DNA from: Macrostomum lignano
Lineage: Eukaryota
Length of the DNA: 64,000 nucleotides
Direction: 5' to 3'
Assembly: GCA_002269645.1 (NCBI GenBank)
Contig: NIVC01000543.1
Span: forward strand, 310,001-374,000
The stretch's first letter is position 1. Each line of letters opens with the position of its first letter. Made by a program: the position numbers and the translations under genes. Shown one piece after another: positions 58,355-64,000 of this stretch. The notes below the pieces were generated by a model. That model was not told the DNA's origin, did no database searches, and was given only the letters and a program-made list of their open reading frames with translations.

Positions 58355-59058
58355 CTGCTCGGGAAGGGGCGCAAAATAATGCAGATTTTTTAAGACATGC
58401 TATGTAGCCAAATAAATCTATTAGCGACAGGAATACCGTCATTTTCCGCCCTTCAAACTAACGAAGGGGATTTTTCCCTCCTGATAAATTCTTTGGTGCG
58501 CCAGAAAGCCGTCAGCACCTTTAACAGATGGCACCAGGTGACATCCCTAGCAGTTTAGGCTTGCCCCATTTCGAGGTTTGATCAGAAAAATTGACATAGT
58601 TGCAATAGGGTGTCTATAGTTAGTCACCTGGTGCCACCTTTAGGGCCCAGACGCTTCACCTGGGTAAACGAAGTCAGGGCTGATGCAGACACACGTGGTC
58701 GGCGTGCTGATGAAATTTAGAGACTTGGCAAGACTGGGCTGAGGTGCAGTGATGATTTGCGCAACATGGTGTGGGAAAAGCGCCTATTTTAGCGGCTTGC
58801 GAAAACGAAGTAAGTTGCAAGCGAGAAAAGTAAAAGTTTATTTGCTTTACGCGGTAAGTATAAATAAGCACGCGATCACATGGGGAGGTGCGCCAAAAAG
58901 GTGGCACGATTGAAGGCCAACCCCCCGACTTAGCATATTGGCTGTCTGTCCGAGTACACCGACCCCCAGCCTGGCGGGCAGGGGTTTCAGTGCAGATGTA
59001 CTCGCAATCGCTGGCTGCGTGCTGATTGGGCCGCCACACAGCTCCCCCCAGCACCGAG

Positions 59059-62000
59059 CTATGTGTCGAAAACCGTTCGGCGGCACCGGCGAGGCGGCTG
59101 CCGGCGGCTGGGGAGGGCGGCCTGGGGTTGCTGGCTGTCAGCGGCGGCCGAGGGCGGTACAGGCCGCTTAGGCGGGCGGCCTCTCGGTCGTACAGATGGC
59201 AGCGGGACTGGCTCTCGCGAGTCGATGATGGCCGGCTTCAACCTGTCGACTGTCACGCGGTCTTGGCGCGTCCCCAGGTCGAGCAGGAAGGTCTTGGCGT
59301 CCCGCTCGAGGACCTTGAATGGGCCGTCATACGGCTTCTGCAGCGGGGCTCGGTGACCGTCACGCCGGACGAACACGAACGGGCAGGCATCGAGTGCGGC
59401 GGGCCAGGCGGTCGGGCGGCAGCCGTGATGCGCCGTGGGTGTCGGCCGGAACGCCTGGACTGCGTCGCGGAGCCGAACGAGAAACTGGTCGTGGCCTTCG
59501 GTTGCCGGGCAGGGCTGCAGGCACTCGCCAGGCACGCAGAGGGGCGCTCCGTAAACCAGCTCAGCCGATGATGCCGGCAGGTCCTCCTTGGGCGTCGTCC
59601 GGATGCCGAGCAGCACCCAGGGCAGCTCGCTGACCCAGGCCGGTCCCGTCAGCCGCGCCCTGAGGGCGGCCTTCAGCTGCCGATAGAACCGCTCGACCAG
59701 CCCGTTCGCCTGCGGATGGAAGGCCGTAGTCCGGTGCAGCTGCATGCCGAGCAGCCGGGAGACGTTGGACCAGAGCTGCGACGTGAACTGCGAGCCGCGG
59801 TCCGAGGTGAGGTCACCCGGCACGCCAAATCGGGCAACCCAGTGGGCGATGAAGGCGGAGGCACAGGCTGCGGCGGAAGTGTCAGTCATCGGGATCGCCT
59901 CCGGCCACCTGGTGAATCGGTCAACGATCGTCAGCAGATGCGTAAAGCCTTGAGAAGACGGCAGCGGCCCCACCAAGTCGACATGCACGTGGGCGAAGCG
60001 CTGGTCTGGGACGCGAATGCTCTCTACCGGGGCGGTGACGTGCCGATGCACCTTGGCCGTCTGGCAGGCTACGCAAGTGCGCGCCCACCGGCTGACGTCC
60101 CGGTTCATGCCAGCCCACACGAATTTGGCGGCCACGAGGCGCCGCGTGCTGCGGACTGACGGGTGGGCGAGGCCATGGATGGCGTCGAAGACGGCGCGGC
60201 GGAAATCCGGAGGCACCAACGGGCGCGGCCGGCCGGTCGAGATGTCGCACAGCAGGGCGACGCCAGGGCTGAGCTGCAGCGGCTCGAGCTGAAGGCTAGC
60301 GTCCTCTTGGGCAGTCGGGTCTGCTGTCTGCGCCTGCGCCATGGCCGCGAAGTCCACACCGGGTAGCAGCCGGTGCTGTACCGAGGCGATCGTGCAGCGG
60401 GACAGCGCGTCCGCCACCGGGTTGTCCTTGCCCGCCACGTGCTGGACATCGGTGGTGAACTCAGACACGTACGCCAGATGCCGCTGCTGTCGTGCTGACC
60501 ACGGGTCCGACATCTTAGACATGGCCGCGACGAGTGGCCTGTGGTCCGTGAAGGCGGTGAAGGCGCGGCCCTCGAGCGCGTAGCGGAAATGGCGGACCGC
60601 CAGGTACAGGGCAAGCAGCTCACGGTCGAACGCGCTGTACTTCTGCTCAGGCGCTCGGAGCTGCCGGCTGAAGAAAGCGAGCGGCTGCCACGCGCCGCCC
60701 ACCCGCTGCTCGAGCGCTGCGCCGACGGCGGTGTCCGAGGCGTCGACAGTGAGGGCGATGGGCGCGTCCGCCCGCGGGTGCGCCAACAGTGCGGCGGAAG
60801 CCAGTGCCCGCTTGGCTCCTTCGAAGGCGGCAGTCAGCTCGGGCGTCCACCTCACGAGCTTCTCCTTGCCAGCAGTGGCCGCATGGATGGGGCGCAGCAC
60901 CTGGGCGGCCCGCGGCACGAAGCGGTGGTAGAAATTCACCATGCCGGCGAACTCCTGCAGGCCCTTGACGGTGGCTGGCGGCGCGAACCTGGCGATGGCG
61001 TCGACTTTGGCGGGCAGCGGCACGGCTCTCTGGGCGCTGATCCGGTGGCCGAGGAAGTCGATCTCACTGCGGCCGAACTCGCACTTCGCCGGGTTGATGA
61101 TCAGACCGTTGTCCGCCAGGCGCTGGAACAGCGTGCGCAGGTGCTCCAGGTGCTGCTGCGGGCTGCGGCTGGCGACTAGGAAATCGTCAATGTAGGCGAA
61201 AACGAAGTCGAGATCCTGGCAGACGGAGTCCACCAACCGCTGGAAGGCCTGGGCGGCGTTCTTGAGCCCGAACGGCATTCGCAGGAACTCGAAGAGGCCG
61301 AACGGGGTGATGACGGCGGTCTTGGGCACAATGGCCGCAGCCACGGGCACTTGGTGGTAGCCGCGAACCAGGTCGATCTTGGAGAAGACCGAGCAGCCGG
61401 CCAGGCGCGCTGAAAAGTCCTGAATATGCGGCACCGGGTAGCGGTCGGGCACCGTGGCGTCGTTGAGCCGCCTAAAATCGCCGCAGGGACGCCAGCCACC
61501 CGAGGCCTTGGGCACCATGTGCAGCGGTGAGGACCACGGGCTGTTGGACCGGCGCACGATGCCGAGCTGCTCCAGGAGCCGGAACTCCTCCTTGGCCACC
61601 GCCAGCTTGTCCGGCGGCAGGCGGCGAGGGCGGGCGTGGACCGGCGGGCCCTGCGTCGGGATGTGGTGCTCCACCCCGTGCCGTGGCGCAGCCCGCTGGA
61701 AACTGGGCTCGGTGAGAGCGGAGAACTCGGCCAGCAGCTGGCTGTACGGGTCCGCGGTGGCAGCCGCGGCGAGCTGCAGACCAGGCCCGATGCCGTCCAG
61801 CAGGTGCACGCTGGCGAGCGAGCAAGCGTCCAGGAGCCGCCGGTGCGGCATGTCCACCAGCAGGCCGTGGTGGCGGAGGAAGTCCGCGCCGATCAGCGGG
61901 CGCGAGACTTCGGCCAAGACGAACGGCCAGGAGCAGCGCTTGATGCCGAGGTCGAGCGTGAGCTGCCGGGAGCCGAAGGTGCGGATCAGGCTGCCATTGG

Positions 62001-62184
62001 CTGCGTAAAGCGGCGGGCCAGTGGACCGCAGGCGTGCATCGGTGCCAGTGACAGGGAAGATGCTGACCTCGGCGCCCGTGTCGACCAGAAAACGCCGGCC
62101 CGTCAGCACATCGGGAATGAGCAACAGGCTGCTGTTGTTGCCGGCCGCCGAGCTGGTCACTGACGACCGGCCTGCCCGTTTCCC
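59059..62184 (-). CDS. pol: Element C pol (PR-RT-RH-IN), uninterrupted
   Basis: FLVDTGAEVS, RPCGDFRRLN, YIDD, VDASDTAVGA, HGLAHP..C..C, SDRGSQF, GPFKV. Confidence 0.95.
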   Translation of the reverse strand, partial: GKRAGRSSVTSSAAGNNSSLLLIPDVLTGRRFLVDTGAEVSIFPVTGTDARLRSTGPPLYAANGSLIRTFGSRQLTLDLGIKRCSWPFVLAEVSRPLIGADFLRHHGLLVDMPHRRLLDACSLASVHLLDGIGPGLQLAAAATADPYSQLLAEFSALTEPSFQRAAPRHGVEHHIPTQGPPVHARPRRLPPDKLAVAKEEFRLLEQLGIVRRSNSPWSSPLHMVPKASGGWRPCGDFRRLNDATVPDRYPVPHIQDFSARLAGCSVFSKIDLVRGYHQVPVAAAIVPKTAVITPFGLFEFLRMPFGLKNAAQAFQRLVDSVCQDLDFVFAYIDDFLVASRSPQQHLEHLRTLFQRLADNGLIINPAKCEFGRSEIDFLGHRISAQRAVPLPAKVDAIARFAPPATVKGLQEFAGMVNFYHRFVPRAAQVLRPIHAATAGKEKLVRWTPELTAAFEGAKRALASAALLAHPRADAPIALTVDASDTAVGAALEQRVGGAWQPLAFFSRQLRAPEQKYSAFDRELLALYLAVRHFRYALEGRAFTAFTDHRPLVAAMSKMSDPWSARQQRHLAYVSEFTTDVQHVAGKDNPVADALSRCTIASVQHRLLPGVDFAAMAQAQTADPTAQEDASLQLEPLQLSPGVALLCDISTGRPRPLVPPDFRRAVFDAIHGLAHPSVRSTRRLVAAKFVWAGMNRDVSRWARTCVACQTAKVHRHVTAPVESIRVPDQRFAHVHVDLVGPLPSSQGFTHLLTIVDRFTRWPEAIPMTDTSAAACASAFIAHWVARFGVPGDLTSDRGSQFTSQLWSNVSRLLGMQLHRTTAFHPQANGLVERFYRQLKAALRARLTGPAWVSELPWVLLGIRTTPKEDLPASSAELVYGAPLCVPGECLQPCPATEGHDQFLVRLRDAVQAFRPTPTAHHGCRPTAWPAALDACPFVFVRRDGHRAPLQKPYDGPFKVLERDAKTFLLDLGTRQDRVTVDRLKPAIIDSREPVPLPSVRPRGRPPKRPVPPSAAADSQQPQAALPSRRQPPRRCRRTVFDT

Positions 62185-62877
62185 TGGAAGCTGCAGGGTG
62201 CCTCGCAGCGATGGGCCTTCGCGCCGAACCGGCGATGATAAAAGCACAGCCCGCTGTCCTGACCGCGCTGTGGGGGCCGATTCTGCCGGGCCGGGCGGCT
62301 GCTCCTGCTGGCCGAAGCCACCGCCGGCTGGTCAGGCGGCAGGGAGGTCGCCACCGCTGGCTGCTGGACGGAGGCAGCGGTGAACTGCGGCCTGCTGGCC
62401 CACAGCCTGTCGGCGAGCTGCGCTGCTTGCCGAGGCTCCGCGAAGTCGGCGGTTGCCATGGCCATGCGCACGTCCGGCGGCAGCTGCTGGCGGAACAGCT
62501 CTTCGAAGAGCAGGCACGGTGGGTGGTCTCCCAGCAGGGCGAGCATCTCATCCATGAGTTCTGAGGGCCGCCGATCACCGAGGCCGGTCATGTTGAGCAG
62601 GCGACTGGCCCTCTGCTGCCTCGTCAAGTCGAAGGTGCCTTTGAGACGTTGCTTCAGCGTCTCGTACTTGCCCTCTGCTGGGGAGCCTCTAAAATGTCGA
62701 GGAGGCGTTCAGCCGTTTGCTGGTCGAGCGCTGCCACCAAGTAGTTGTACTTGGTCGCATCTTGCGTGATTCCGCGCAGAGAAAACTGGGCTTCGGCTTG
62801 AATGAACCATGCGCGGGTTGAGCTGCCCAAAACGTGGGCAGTTTGAGAGAGACAGCTGCCTCTGTGTTGGAAGCCAT
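62157..62877 (-). CDS. gag: Element C gag (two single-C gaps near 62815 and 62685)
   Basis: VSLKLPTFW..P-AWFIQAEAQF..GIT.DATKYNY..., L..LGDRRPSELMDEM; adding one C to each C-run gives one ORF. Confidence 0.85.
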
Positions 62878-64000
62878 TGTACGAAATAGCTATGTCGGGC
62901 TCACCAATTTAGCGGCTTGCGAAAACGAAGTAAGTTGCAAGCGAGAAAAGTAAAAGTTTATTTGCTTTACGCGGTAAGTATAAATAAGCACGCGATCACA
63001 TGGGGAGGTGCGCCAAAAAGGTGGCACGATTGAAGGCCAACCCCCCGACTTAGCATATTGGCTGTCTGTCCGAGTACACCCACCCCCCAGCCTGGCGGGC
63101 AGGGGGTTTCAGTGCAGATGTACTCGCAATCGCTGGCTGCGTGCTGATTGGGCCGCCACACTATGAAAAAAAACGGACTTTCTAGCAGAATATATTTTTG
63201 ATAGCGATTTGATTTTTTTTGAGAAAGTGCGTAGCAAAATTTAGCGTAATTAAAGTTCTTGAATTTCGCGTGTCTGTGTTGCTAGGATTAAGGTTAGGGA
63301 AACGTTCACCCCTTGTCAGTTCTAAATGTTTAAATTTAGGTTAAGGAAATACGGTGGCAAATAGAAATTTCTGTATGGAAAATGTGAACCTTGCTATTAA
63401 GATACTTATCAAAAGTATTGAATTTAAGCCTATTTATTGGTCGCTAATAGGTAGTTTCGGTAAAAACCCAAGTTTCAGTAATAAAAAGTAACTAAGAGTA
63501 TTTGCAAGGGTTCTGGGCATCTTTGCACGTCTTTGCCGAAATCGACCCACGATTAGCGGTAAGGCAATTTTGCCATTCGGCGAAGTCCTGAGCAACATAC
63601 AAGCGCAGATGCTGTACGAAGGCATGTACTCAGGGTGGATAGCGGCCCGGACTTTTTAGTCGTCAGGCATGTGCACTCTGTCGGGTATGTGCACTCTCCG
63701 TGCCTTGGTGTTTGGCCGGCATAGGTGTGAATTGCCCCCAGCCATTTTTGTGCACAACAAGCAAATTAATTTGGGCACGTACAAAATCAAACCAGGGGTT
63801 TTGGCGCGAGAGCCAGATCCGTTTTCTGCTGAGCTTAAGTCTATGCACTCGAGTCAGATAAGGCTTAACGTGCATTCCAATTTCAACGCTGATTTCCGCC
63901 GCTCCCAAAAGCACTACCTGTGGCACCGCTGCGTTGTGTCATTTTTGATGAGCAAACGATCTAGGCGTTTCTATTGACTGACTCTATAAGTTTAATGTAG

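Larger units (their letters stand above)
58788..63160 (-). mobile_element. Full-length CsRn1-clade-like Ty3/gypsy LTR retrotransposon C
   Basis: LTRs 58788-59038 and 62908-63160 (1 substitution, 2 homopolymer indels); 4-bp TSD CTAT; PBS TGGTGAGCCCGAC (tRNA-Trp-like); PPT GGGGGGAGCTG; gag CHCC finger CFYHRRFGAKAHRCEAPC; G GGA AAC slippery site. Confidence 0.96.

Noticed and set aside
58527-58638. 16-bp inverted repeat (GATGGCACCAGGTGAC / GTCACCTGGTGCCACC) spanning about 110 bp
   Set aside because: Possibly a tiny MITE relic, but no TSD or second copy to support it
59026-62769. Many overlapping plus-strand and alternate-frame ORFs over GC-rich retroelement and ATG2 exons
   Set aside because: Expected shadow ORFs of GC-rich coding sequence; no independent motifs
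63165-64000. Short ORFs at the window end as upstream arrestin exons
   Set aside because: No arrestin N-domain motifs recognised in the frames examined

Overview
Intron-containing eukaryotic (invertebrate metazoan) genomic DNA. AT-rich introns and GC-rich exons/retroelements are compatible with a free-living flatworm such as Macrostomum, but that is only a guess. Host genes: (1) a complete 13-exon ATG2 on the minus strand (31683 to 11281). My exon model has GT-AG junctions, consistent phases and about 2004 aa, but needs one extra base in the last exon. (2) An intronless LRR-(FN3-like)-TM receptor gene (18544-21555, +) nested antisense in ATG2 intron 3. (3) The last two coding exons of a beta-arrestin (58354 to 57398, -). 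The rest is mostly mobile DNA: three Ty3/gypsy LTR elements with paired LTRs and TSDs (one nested in another, one CsRn1-like), a Ngaro-like tyrosine-recombinase retroelement, Tc1-like, mariner and RTE fragments, several MITEs (including a hAT inserted into the TIR of another hAT), long foldback palindromes and a 1.5-kb CT tract. Most unusual signals: an intronless DnaJ/J-domain ORF head-to-head with a retrotransposon gag inside an apparent mobile unit (33.2-37.0 kb); an LTR with four perfect MEF2 sites interleaved with AP-1/CRE motifs (1-255); and a CsRn1-like element integrated with a non-canonical AA LTR end. All homology calls come from recognised motifs, not database searches. No CRISPR, rRNA or tRNA genes were seen.
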